Part shown: piece by piece, positions 39,922-50,215 of the stretch
Layout: the number at the start of each line of letters is the position of its first letter
Position numbering within the stretch: position 1 is the first letter of the stretch
Assembly: GCA_001643675.2 (NCBI GenBank)
Contig: LSRY02000041.1
Span: forward strand, 806,001-870,000
From: Monocercomonoides exilis PA203
Lineage: Eukaryota; Protista; Preaxostyla
DNA: 64,000 nt
Direction: 5' to 3'
Translations under genes and position numbers: made by a program
The notes under the pieces: model-generated
Databases searched by the model: none
What the model was told of the DNA's origin: nothing
The model's input: the letters and a program-made list of their open reading frames with translations, nothing else

Positions 39922-40139
39922 TTTATTCTGATATTGTTTTATCAAAAACTGAAGGTCTCTTTTGGATTTTAATGATCAGAAAAATTTAAAAAATAATGGA
40001 ATATTTTGGTTAAAACAAAACATTTCTCATAATTATAAAAAATTTAGAAAATATATTTCCAACAAATTGTAATATTTTCATTCATCTCTTTTAATGAACG
40101 ATTGATGAAGCATTTCGAAATATCCATCACAAGTTTTTC

Positions 40140-40290
40140 ACGAAATAAAACAAGGATTAGTTCCAAACTTTTTGTGCAAATAAATCATAAAAAGTCTTGT
40201 ATTCTTATGAATAAAATATGTAATTTATTAAAAAAATTGAGAAGAATATTTGTTAGAGCAGAATGGAACAAAATTCGTAAAGCAAATAAT
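40140..40290 (+). repeat. Dispersed about 150-bp repeat, copy 3 (inverted relative to copies 1, 2 and 4)
   Basis: aataaaacaaggattagttccaaactttt..gaatggaacaaaattcgtaaagcaaa matches the reverse complement of 36911-37070. Confidence 0.65.
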
Positions 40291-40311
40291 TTCGTTATAA
40301 ACAAATAAATA

Positions 40312-41186
40312 CACCAAAAATTATTTAAAGTCGGAAAACTTTCATTCAAAGTCGAAAACTATTATTCAAAGTCGAAAAAGTTTCATTCAAAGTCGAAAAC
40401 TATTATTCAAAGTCGAAAAAGTTTCATTCAAAGTCGAAAATTATTATTCAAAGTCGAAAAAGTTGCAAACGAAATCGAAAAACTTTCAATCAAAATCGAA
40501 AATTTCACAAAAAAATAAACGTATAATAAAGAGAATTTTATTAAAGAATAATATTGTAATTTTGTTTTTGTGATTATAATCAGCAATGCCTGTGTTGCTG
40601 TTTTCTGCAAATTTTGAAGATTTCGTACCAAAATAAACTCAATAATAAACTATAAACAAAAGTTATTACATTTGTTGCCTTCCATTAGAAATAAGTTTTT
40701 TAATATTAAAAACGCGAAATTAGAGAGCCAATATTGTGTGCATCATTCTTCATTAATTGAGAAAAAATATAAATTAAGATTTTTGCCAATCTTTTGTAAA
40801 GCAGTGTTCTTTTAATTGAAAAAAGATCAAAATGTGTCAGTATTTCTCTCATATTTATAAATTTTGCAATTGGATAAAGGAAAGCAAAGAAAAATATCGG
40901 AAAAAACATGAAAAATCATTAAAATAACAAATTTCATTGATATTTTAACAATCACTATGTTTTTTTGACTTTTATTGATTTTTGTCATCTTTTTGAAAAT
41001 TTGAAGTTTTTCGAACTTTCGACTTTGCTTGAAAGTTTTTCGATTTCGTTTGCAACTTTTTCGACTTTGAATAATAATTTTCGACTTTGACTGAAACTTT
41101 TTCGACTTCGAATGAAAACTTTCGACTTTGAATGAAAGTTTTTCGACTTTGATTGAAAGTTTTTCGATTTTGAATATTTTTTGGTG
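40312..41186. mobile_element. Non-autonomous foldback/MITE with about 190-bp TIRs built from 20-21-bp tandem units; TA flanks
   Basis: TA|CACCAAAAA..TTTTTGGTG|TA ends; TTCAAAGTCGAAAA-containing units at 40321-40505 and inverted at about 41005-41180; no internal transposase. Confidence 0.85.
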
Positions 41187-41269
41187 TAAATTTCCAAATA
41201 ATCTTTAAAGTTTTTACATAAAAAATTATCATTAGTTGTTCCTTGTTCAACGCAACGAATTAATGCAAC

Positions 41270-42620
41270 GAAATTCATTTCATCTTCTACATCCAGTCAA
41301 TTGAGTCTCTATCTTTTCATCTCTTTTCATTTTGCTTTCTCTCTTTCTTTTCTCATCATTTCTTTCAAATCCTTTGAAAAATGCACTCATAAAATTTTAA
41401 ATAATTCAAAATTTGTTGATCTTTTGCATGCGATTGATTAACTTCCTCAAAAATAACACCAATAGTTCGACTTTTCAACAAGAAATCAAATTTCACAGCT
41501 TTGTATCCTGCTGACGGATCAAATAAAAATGAAATATAAAAAAGAAAATGTTACAAATTTCACAGAGATTCTCCTTTGATAACCGAAATATCTCAGCAAT
41601 TCTTCCAATAAATCCAATGCATTCATAATTTTGGAATTCTCTAAATGGAAAATAATTGTCCCGTTCCATGATTCACTTTCTCATAGCCACTACGTTTTCT
41701 TTTTCTTTTCTTCTTTCTTCTTCTTTCCTCTTCCAAAGAATGCATTTCGGTAATCCCTCAAGTTCATTTGTTTCCTCTCTCACAAAGTGATGCTCAGGCA
41801 CAATCACTTCTTCTAAGTTTCTTTCAATGTGGTATTGATTTCATTAAAAATTGAAAAGCAATCTGATAGGCAAGATGTGAAATGTTGCAATAATCACGAT
41901 GATATTTGATGATTTCAAAAATTTCATCCAAATATGATCCTTTCTCGATTTTTTGCTTTAATATTTATAAAAACACATCAAAAAACAAAAAGAATTATGA
42001 AAATTTCAAACGTAATGCCCACAAATGAAACTTAAAGCCTGCAAAGCAATTTCTACTTTCTTTTTGTGCATCCTCGTTTTCATCTTTTTTAAGGCAACTT
42101 TCTGAATGACAGGCACTCAGATGGAAAACGATTCAGTAAAATAAACTTTGTATCAAAAACAGATAGAATCCACAAAGAACAGCATGCAACTTTTCATTCT
42201 TCCCTTCATTCTTCTGCTCTTTGTCAACAATCATCTTTCTGATTCTATTGCTTGATAAAGAAAAATATTAACATTTTCTCTGTTTGTCTTTCAACATATT
42301 GAAATATCCCATCTGGTTCAGAAAAAAAAGTGAGTTTTTAATTGAAAATATTATTTCTGCGATCATTCATTCGATTCTTTCGAGCATTTCCACAGTCAAA
42401 ACTGAAAACTGTCCATAACCATCCATCTCTTTAACAATATCATCCTATTCACAAAACATATGTTTTTGTTCATTTTCAGAATATTTTTCATGCGTTGCAA
42501 GCAACTCTGAAAATAAAAGTGATAAGAGAAAATCATCAGGAAAATGTTTTATTTCTATCTAACGAACTTTACACAGCTCTTCGTTCAATTCTTCAAATGA
42601 AGAAGCCATTTTTATCTCAT
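41270..42620 (-). pseudogene. Decayed copy of an ARM-like hypothetical protein family
   Basis: Fragments across frames and stops: SLSSNRIRKMIVDKEQKNEGKNEKLHAVLCGFYLFL, VPVIQKVALKKDENEDAQKE, RNLEEVIVPEHHFVREETNELEGLPKCILWKRKEEE. These resemble a multicopy Monocercomonoides family as recalled, not searched. Confidence 0.55.
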
Positions 42621-42833
42621 TTGATTCATCTGAAAGAAAAGAAAAAAATACTTATTAAGATTGTGTTCTTTTTTTCCTGATTGTTTATTTGGACAAACAA
42701 TTTCAAGTTATGAATATGTTGTCTAATAACAATTTCCTTCATTTTTTTAAATTCAATCTGAAAATCAATTTTTTCATTGAATACAAAAAATTATATTTTT
42801 TTCGAAATTATATTGAAAAGGATTCAACATTAT

Positions 42834-42909
42834 TTAAAAAAGAAAGTGATGAATCAATTCCTTCTCTTGTTTGAGAGACGCCACAATCTATGGGTCAGTC
42901 GCCCATTTG
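42834..42909. repeat. DIRS 3' inverted terminal repeat
   Basis: ..GAATCAATTCCTTCTCTTGTTTGAGAGACGCCACAATCTATGGGTCAGTCGCCCATTTG is the near reverse complement of 47327-47400. Confidence 0.9.
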
Positions 42910-43043
42910 TATGTAAGGGTGAATTGGATAAAAACCGCTTTGCGCTTATAAAACCAAAAAGCGCAAAGAGAAGGAACTACAAAAAACACAAACAGTTTTG
43001 AAAACAGAACTTCAAACGGTGGGAGTGAAAACGGTGGTGGGCA

Positions 43044-43143
43044 AAGAGAAGGAATTGATTCTCCACTTTCTTTTTTAATTAAAGTGCATAAGCACCTTAA
43101 TTATCAAGAAAGTGTTTCATCGATTCCTTCTCTTGTTTGAGAG
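43044..43143. repeat. DIRS internal complementary region (ICR)
   Basis: The first part is complementary to 42834-42868 and the second to about 47367-47431, joined through a shared trinucleotide. Confidence 0.9.
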
Positions 43144-44500
43144 AATCAATTTGTTGGATGATGAAGCCATCATCACTACCACAGTGTGCGTCTTCTTTGC
43201 TTTGTTGTTTTCTTCCTCCTTTTTTGCTTGCGACCTTGTTCGAATAATGAATTGTTCTTCAAGTGGTTCTCGTTTCTCCATCTCATCGTCAGGCTCATCC
43301 ACTCGAGAGGGAAATTCAACAGAATTTTTCGCTTCTTCCACACTCATATGTGGCTTCATCAGGCGCTTATTGTCCCTTAACACCATTCCAGATTCCATTG
43401 ACCTTCTCTCCTCTTTGTGCTTCTGGTCTCTTTCTGGTCTGACACACGCCTTGCCACCATCCTCTGCCGACCGCTTGGTTGCTAACTCTTCACTGGGAGC
43501 ATTCATAGTTGAAGCAATCACTTTTCCAAAGGTTGAAGCAAGATTGGCCTTCACATAATGCTTTACCAAAGTGTCTGTTCTAGGGGATAGTCGGGCAAAC
43601 TTCGCAATCTGAGTTGGTGGAATTCCAGACATCGTTAGCGTTGAAAGTGTTGCAGCCTTTATTGAATAAGGAGTAAAATGGCTCGGAATTCCTGCTTCCT
43701 TTAACGTCTCCTTTGCCAATCGTCTGATTCCTTTTACTGTTCGAGGATGAAATGTTTCGGTATTTAAAAACAATTAATTTCCATTTGGTCTTCTTCTTTG
43801 TATTTCTTCCCACAAAACCTGAATGGCCGAAGCTGGGCAAATCGCTGGGTTTTCATTCAAAAACGGAACGGCAATCTCTGTTCGATTAAGCGATGTTTTT
43901 GGCCTTGTGTTCAGGTATATTCCTTCATGCTCGAATCTGGATCGTTCCATATCTACCCTTTCCAACTCTGTAAACCTGCACGCAGTGAATAACATTGTAA
44001 GCACAATGACTTTCATTGTCAGATGTTTGAAGCTCAAAGTCTGATTTTCTCCAAGACTAGAAAAGTATGTCAAAATGGTCTTCGGATTCCAGATCTCTTG
44101 AACCTTCTTCTTTCTTGTCATCTCCGTTCTTCTAAACCCTCTGAACAGTATTTTTATTATAGGAATATCCCCCAAATTTGTGTTGAAAACCAAGCTTGTG
44201 AAGAATGAAATAGCTGAGAGGATAAGTTGCAAACATGACAGTTTCATTCCATTGTCTTTGAGTGTTATGAAAATACTCGAACATTGAGCGGCCCATTCAT
44301 TAATATCCTCTGGAATTATGCCCATATCACTTTTTTCCCACTGTTCTCCAAAGTGTGCGAAGCCGAATAAATATCCACCCCACGTCGACAGAGCAATTCC
44401 TGCTCTGCATTCCTCTGCCAGTGAAACCGGGAAAGCTCTTTCCTCCAACGCCCTTCTCCACCAGCTCTCGCCTTTCTCTCTGGTGGATTGATCAATATGG
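43117..44500 (-). pseudogene. DIRS tyrosine recombinase, split by in-frame TAA at 43774-43776 (start approximate)
   Basis: LFTACRFTEL (Arg), RPKT (Lys), ICPASAI, PYSIKAATLS (HxxR position), FARLS, KHY (Tyr). Confidence 0.85.
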
Positions 44501-46444
44501 CTCTCAACCTTCCTGGAAGGAGACATGCACCTGTGTTTGTCATTGATAGCCCCTTTCTCAACACTGTTCTCAGACTCCTCCATTCGAATGTCCGATGAGG
44601 TTTTATCTCCAATAGCACATCCCAGTTCTGCCCTTTCCAGTTCGGCAGGAGTAATACTACTGGTACTCTCTCCTTCTGTGCCTTCCGAATCGTCATTGGA
44701 ATCAGTGGAATAGGTGGGTGTACCAGAACGCACTCGTTCTTCCATGGATATGCCAGACCGTCTTCTCCCAATGGGCTTCCTATTCCGCACCAACGCTCGA
44801 CCTTGTGGTTGTGTTGAGCTGCAAAGGCATCCAGCGTTGGAGAAACTTGAAGAGTTGCCAAGATTTCTGTGAGCTCGCTGTCTGCAATGCTGTAGTCTCC
44901 TGCTCTTTCCAGGCGGGATAAAGCATCGGCTCTTGTGTTTCGCAATCCGGGGAGATGAACTGCTTTCAGGACTATATTCAATTTCTCCTTCAATGTCCAT
45001 ATCCTTTTGAGTGTCGGGCGAAGATTCCTTCCTGCATTCCATCTGTTCACGTTGAAAACGACTGCCGAATTGTCTGACCGAAGTTGTAACTGTGATATCC
45101 GACTTTCTGATAGGATTGGGGCAAAGTGAGTTAAAGCAAGTTCTACTGCTTTTAATTCTCTGTAGTTGGATGATTGGTTTTTCATGGAGAATGGAAAACG
45201 ACTGTGACAATCTAGTGACATTCTGTTAATTCTGAGGGTTGCTCCCCAGGAGCATTCTGATGCATCTGTGGTTAGAACTGCTTCTGGAATAAACACTGGA
45301 TTTAGTCTGCGTCTGGGGTTCTTCCTCAATGTCCATCTCCATCTTCTTATCTGCTGGAGGATTGACGCATTCAGCCTCATCATTCCATCCCATCCGCCTG
45401 TCGTAACTCCTTTCTGCAACAATTTGCAGATTGATTGGAGGTGTAAAGATGCATCTGGCAGAACGAAGCGTGTAGAACTGAGCTTTCCCACGAATGATGC
45501 GAAGTCCTTCACTCTGACAGTCTTGGCTCTTATGCATAATCTCTCCCACTTGTGACACAGCTCTCGCACTGCCTATCTTCTTTCCTTTGATAGACAAACA
45601 TCGAAGCTGGTTGTGTTCCATTCGAATCCCAAAAAACTGAACTGCGAACTCGGAATGAGGTTGCACTTCTTCTTGTCTATCAGCAGATCGAGGCTTTCCA
45701 AAAATACGATTATTTCCTGAATTATTTTCTTCAAGACTTCTTGATCTTGATGCAGAAAAAGAAGATCGTCCAAATAGGCAACGACTCTGACATCCCATCT
45801 TTTTCTTATCTCCACTGTCACCTTCCTCATTATATGTGTGAACAGTTGCGGTGCATCTTCAAAGCTGAAAGGCATGCCTTTGAAGGAGTAATCTCTTCCC
45901 ATGAATCTGAAAGCAAGATAGGGTATTAGTTCTTTTGATACTGGGATTAGATAATAAGCTTGTTCCAAGTCTAGGGATACAGCGTTATTCTTCCGTCTTA
46001 TCAGCCGCTCCACTGTCTTCTCACCGTCGCACTTGAAATGTGTTCTTTTCACCTCTGCATTCAGTTTCCGACAATCGAGAATTTGTCTCCAGCTGCCTGA
46101 CTTCTTTGAATGAGGAAAACATTGTTTCTGTATTTCACATCATTCTGCTCCATCGGGATAACGACTCCTGTTCGTATTTGTTCTTCTAATATCATCTTGA
46201 ATTCCTGTATATTTTGTTGAATGAGAAGCAACGCTCAGTCTCTGAACTGAGCTTTGCTGAGAGCTTTTCTGGCTTGCTTGCTCTTCCATGTGGCCTGCAC
46301 TTTTTTGCATATCAATTTCTCTCCTCCGATTTTCTTCCATGCTGAGAGGAACAAAGCGGTCCTCCCTCCTATTTGCCTCCTTTGCTCTGTTTCCTTGAGA
46401 ACTGGGCCTAAAGTTGTTGAGGCCACCTTGGCCTCCTGCTCCAA
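44316..46444 (-). pseudogene. DIRS pol: reverse transcriptase, RNase H and DNA N6-adenine methyltransferase-like domain
   Basis: WRQILDCRKLN, SLDLEQAYY, GMPF, YLDDLL, FLGF (RT); LTTDAS..WGA, NYRELKAV, RSDN, HLPG..NTRADALSR (RNase H); LDAFA..N, HPPIPLI, LLPNWKGQNW (MTase-like). Lesions: TGA 46235, 1-nt frameshift near 46110, TAG 45573. Confidence 0.9.
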
Positions 46445-47322
46445 CTGCTCTGACTCCGCCTTCTTCCGAATTGATGTCTTCTTGAGAGGGCTGAGGACCG
46501 GGGGTATCTCCGAAAAAACTGTGGGCTTGAACGAAAAATGGTATGACTAAATCTTCTTTGAAGTGTTCCTGGTTGATCTCTTGCAGAAGGCTGAACACGT
46601 GTAAAAGGAAGTGCTGGTCTCTGGAAGTTTCTCTCCAGCTTGGCTTCTTTTCTTGTTTCTCTGAGAATCAGTTCCTGTTTCTCTGTAAGGATTCCCGTAG
46701 AAGTGTCTGTACTCATCGCTGAGGCAGCTCTGAAACCAAACCCGCCTTGAATTCGAACCGTTCGTGCCTCTTGAAGCGCCTTGGTAATCATAATCAAGAT
46801 GTCAGCCAGTCTTTGTTTTGCACCTTCCTTTGAAGTCGGTATCTCGGCTAAGCCTATGAGCGCAGCTATAATTGCCTGGAAAAAATAAATCTCTACCTTG
46901 TGACCCGCTTGATCTAACGCGTCGTTAATCCAGTTTTCTGTTCTCTTGGCAGGGGGCGGTTCAAGTGATAATAACTGGCTAAAATCCTGTGTTGAATACT
47001 CCTCAACTACATCTTGAATGGATCTAGTGGTAAGCTTTAGATCAAAAATTGAAAAATTCGGCGCCTGTCCAAAAATGTCCTCAAACTCCTGACAAATACG
47101 TTGAGATATCTCTAAGTCATCTTCGTTCTCATTTCTGTCATCCGAATGGGTCACCTCCTGTGAAAAACTTTCCGATGACGAAGGTGAAAAAATTGAAGCG
47201 GAAGAAAATATGTTCGATTGAGATAAGGTCCCTGGTTGGCTTTGCGCCCCACTGTTCTGCATTACAGCCTCAGCCGTCGGCGCAAGTCCAACAATCGGAG
47301 GGAATTGTGAAGAAGACATCAT
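46408..47322 (-). CDS. DIRS gag-like ORF1 (304 aa)
   Basis: Intact ORF directly after the 5' ITR, overlapping the pol start; Arg/Ser-rich C-terminus. Positional assignment only. Confidence 0.7.
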   Translation of the reverse strand: MMSSSQFPPIVGLAPTAEAVMQNSGAQSQPGTLSQSNIFSSASIFSPSSSESFSQEVTHSDDRNENEDDLEISQRICQEFEDIFGQAPNFSIFDLKLTTRSIQDVVEEYSTQDFSQLLSLEPPPAKRTENWINDALDQAGHKVEIYFFQAIIAALIGLAEIPTSKEGAKQRLADILIMITKALQEARTVRIQGGFGFRAASAMSTDTSTGILTEKQELILRETRKEAKLERNFQRPALPFTRVQPSARDQPGTLQRRFSHTIFRSSPQFFRRYPRSSALSRRHQFGRRRSQSSWSRRPRWPQQL

Positions 47323-47326
47323 TGAT

Positions 47327-47431
47327 CAAATGTGGCGACTGACCCATAGATTGTGGTGTCTCTCTTACAAACAAGAGAAGGAATTGATGAAACACTTTCT
47401 TGATAATTAAGGTGCTAATGCACTTTAATTA
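47327..47431. repeat. DIRS 5' inverted terminal repeat plus terminal hairpin
   Basis: Complementary to 42840-42909 and to the ICR; ends in the palindrome 47404-47431. Confidence 0.9.
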
Positions 47432-47837
47432 TTCAAATTATACAAAGAGAAGTCACTGTTATTGAAAAACAATAACAAATGAATAATAATTATTGTTATC
47501 GAGATAATTAGTTCTTTTGAAATGTTATTTTCATGATTTCTCAAAAGTGACAGAAAATTCTTCGCACCCTTTAAAAAAACAAATATTGAATTGCATCAAC
47601 ATTTATCAACAAAAAGATGAATTTGACGATTTTTTGTATTCATCGTAATATTTTCCGTGTGATATGTATAGAATAAAGTGAGAATAACATTGAATAGCTA
47701 AAATGGATGGACTAACAGCAAAGGAAACAAAAATGTTTCAAAATTATATTCAAATGAATACACATGGAAAAACAAATACTAATATATTTCAAAAAATCAC
47801 CGTTTCCAATCATCCATTTCTTGTTATTTATTTTCTA

Positions 47838-50215
47838 TTAGTTATTTGATCTTCTTTTCTTCACAACGATAACAACAATCACAATCGCCACAACTGCCAC
47901 AACAACAATCGGAACAACAATAGCAACAATGATCCCTGTTTTATTCTTTTTGTTTTGATCTTTCAGTTTCTCTTGTCTCACTTTCACATACTTCTCATAC
48001 ACATCCTCAGGCTCTGATTCTGCATCTTTTGCTCCCTCCACCCACCCAGATGTTGATTCATCGAAGTCATTCGCAAACGCAAAGGCATCTTCTTGTTTGC
48101 AGAACTCTTCGAAGTCTGGGGCAATGATAAGCAGAGATGTTGTTTTCGAGCCAGCTGTGTTTGAGCTGTCAATCTCCAGGTTGTGTTCTGATGGAAGTTG
48201 CAGATTCGATGTTGCCTTGGGCATGTCAATGAATATTGCTCCTGATTTCCCTTCTGGTGCTGAACATGACTTGAATGAGCATTTGCTTGACCTTCCAATG
48301 GCCACTCTTGATTCCTCTGAACTGAGGGTGATATCCAACCCTGCTGCTGCTCCTTTCTCCGATTTCACTTCCTGAACATTCAATCCTTCGATTGAAACCT
48401 TCGAAGATGAATTGCTCCCATCATCGATGCTGATTGCTGCTCCACTTTCCACATTCACTTTGCTGATGTCCATTCCACTCAATGACACTTCACGGGCTCC
48501 AGAAAATGAAAATGGTGATGATGAGAATGTCACAAATGAGGTTTCATCTGTGCATTTCACTGTGTCCATTTCCACACTTCCATATGCCACGCTCACAAGA
48601 CTGCTCTCCAAGGGGCTGTTTCCATTATCGTTTGCCATCATCCCTTCTTGTGATTGTGATCCTATTCTGACAAATCGACATGTTGATATTTTCAGTGATA
48701 TTGAACCTGATCCTGCACTGATCAATGAGTCCCAATTCTTTTCTGTTGAAGAGAATTGGAATGCCAGATACTTGAATTCCACAATTCTCTGACAAGAAAA
48801 GAGAAAAGATGAAACAGAAACATCACAATTAATTGCAACTTCTATGTTTCCATCTCCATCGCTGTGAACTCCTTCAATTGTTATTCCACTGTTAATGCTG
48901 AAACTTATGGCTTCTGCTTTGATTGGATCAGATGTTTTGACAACATCAATGAAACATTTCCCACTCTTTTCCAAATATTCATATGCATCATAAATGCTAT
49001 CGATTGCAGAATTAACATCGATTCCATTTCCCTCCCTCCATTCTTTACAAATGCCCTTGTCATATTGTCTGGTTTTGGGGGAGGTGGATCAAAATATGTG
49101 CTAATGAAATCACATTCTTTTTTTGTTTTATTGTCATAACCAACAACAAACCACAAATTATCATCTCGTGTGTAATCAGCTGCAAAACTTTCTTTCATTG
49201 CATCTGCGATATCTTTGAACAATGAATCATTATTCATTTCAAAATATAATCCAGTATTTCTCTTCACTCCATTATATTCAGATGAGCAATTCTGAAATAC
49301 TAGATTCTTTCCATCTATTGGCCATATTAATTTAGATGCAGATCGTGCATTTGACAAATTCAAATAGATTCCTCCAGATTTAATGCCAGTACAAGATGAG
49401 AAAGAAGTAACTCCCGCATCTCCAACTGAAAATGAGCTTTCACTGTTTCTGCTTTCAAAGTATACTGTTCCTTCACTTCTTGATTGACATTCAGTGAAAG
49501 TGCTGTTACTCATCGTTACATCAATTTTGTTTACAGTTTCTCCATATATAAAAACAGTTGGAATGTTGCTTTTTATTTTCTTCAAAGTCACATTCGTCAA
49601 TGAAACTGTTCCTGCAAATAGCAGATAAAAAGGGTTTCTAGAAAATGCAACTGTTGAATAATCATCAACACACTCAACTGAATCCATATTGAGATTTCCA
49701 CCATGCATATGCACTAGGTAATAATTAACTGTTGATCCATCAAATGGTGGCCGAATAAATTGACAGTTTTTTATTGTAAGTTCACCAGAACCTCCATAAA
49801 TAAATGGATCTTCACCGTTTCTATTTAATGTGGTTGGAAAAATGAATGCCAAGTAATTGAATTTTGTAACTCCACCACATGAAAATAGATATCTTTCTGG
49901 ATGCACATCACAATCTATTGAAACAATTGTGTTTCCATTTCCATCGCTATTAACTCCTTCAATGCTGATTCCTTGGTTTTTGTAGAATTGAACTGCTTCT
50001 GCTGTAAATGCAGTTTCATCATTCACAACATAGATCTTGCATGCTTCATCATCCCCCAGCAGATAATATGCACTTTTCAATGATTTCTTTTCCTGACCGA
50101 TCTCTGTTCCAGTGTGGGTTTCACTTCCACTTTGCTTCACATAAACTGTATATGGTTTTCCTTCATCCAATTCTTGTGAAATTGACAATGATATAATCAG
50201 AAAAACAAAAAGCAT
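47838..50215 (-). pseudogene. Type I single-pass surface protein with two homologous extracellular modules; one frameshift near 49030 (pseudogene or assembly indel)
   Basis: Signal MLFVFLIISLSISQE (ATG 50215). Duplicated motif ISIEGVNSDGNGNTIVSIDCDV / ITIEGVHSDGDGNIEVAINCDV. TM segment GIIVAIVVPIVVVAVVAIVIVVIVV plus KKRRSNN tail. The two ORFs join by a 1-nt shift at GGAGGGAGGG. Confidence 0.8.

Larger units (their letters stand above)
42834..47431 (-). mobile_element. Full-length DIRS1-type tyrosine-recombinase retrotransposon (about 4.6 kb), inactivated by stops and a frameshift
   Basis: Inverted terminal repeats about 42840-42909 and 47327-47400; internal complementary region 43044-43143 matching both ends; order gag, RT, RNase H, MTase, YR; TTA at both termini, no TSD. 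Confidence 0.95.

Noticed and set aside
40321-40505. CRISPR-like or iteron-like array
   Set aside because: The units abut without unique spacers, there are no cas or rep genes, the context is eukaryotic, and the array is mirrored at 41.0-41.2 kb as a TIR.
44500-45210. N-terminal half of the 478-aa ORF as part of the recombinase
   Set aside because: It overlaps RNase H/MTase in another frame and has no recognisable YR motif; the true YR start could not be fixed.
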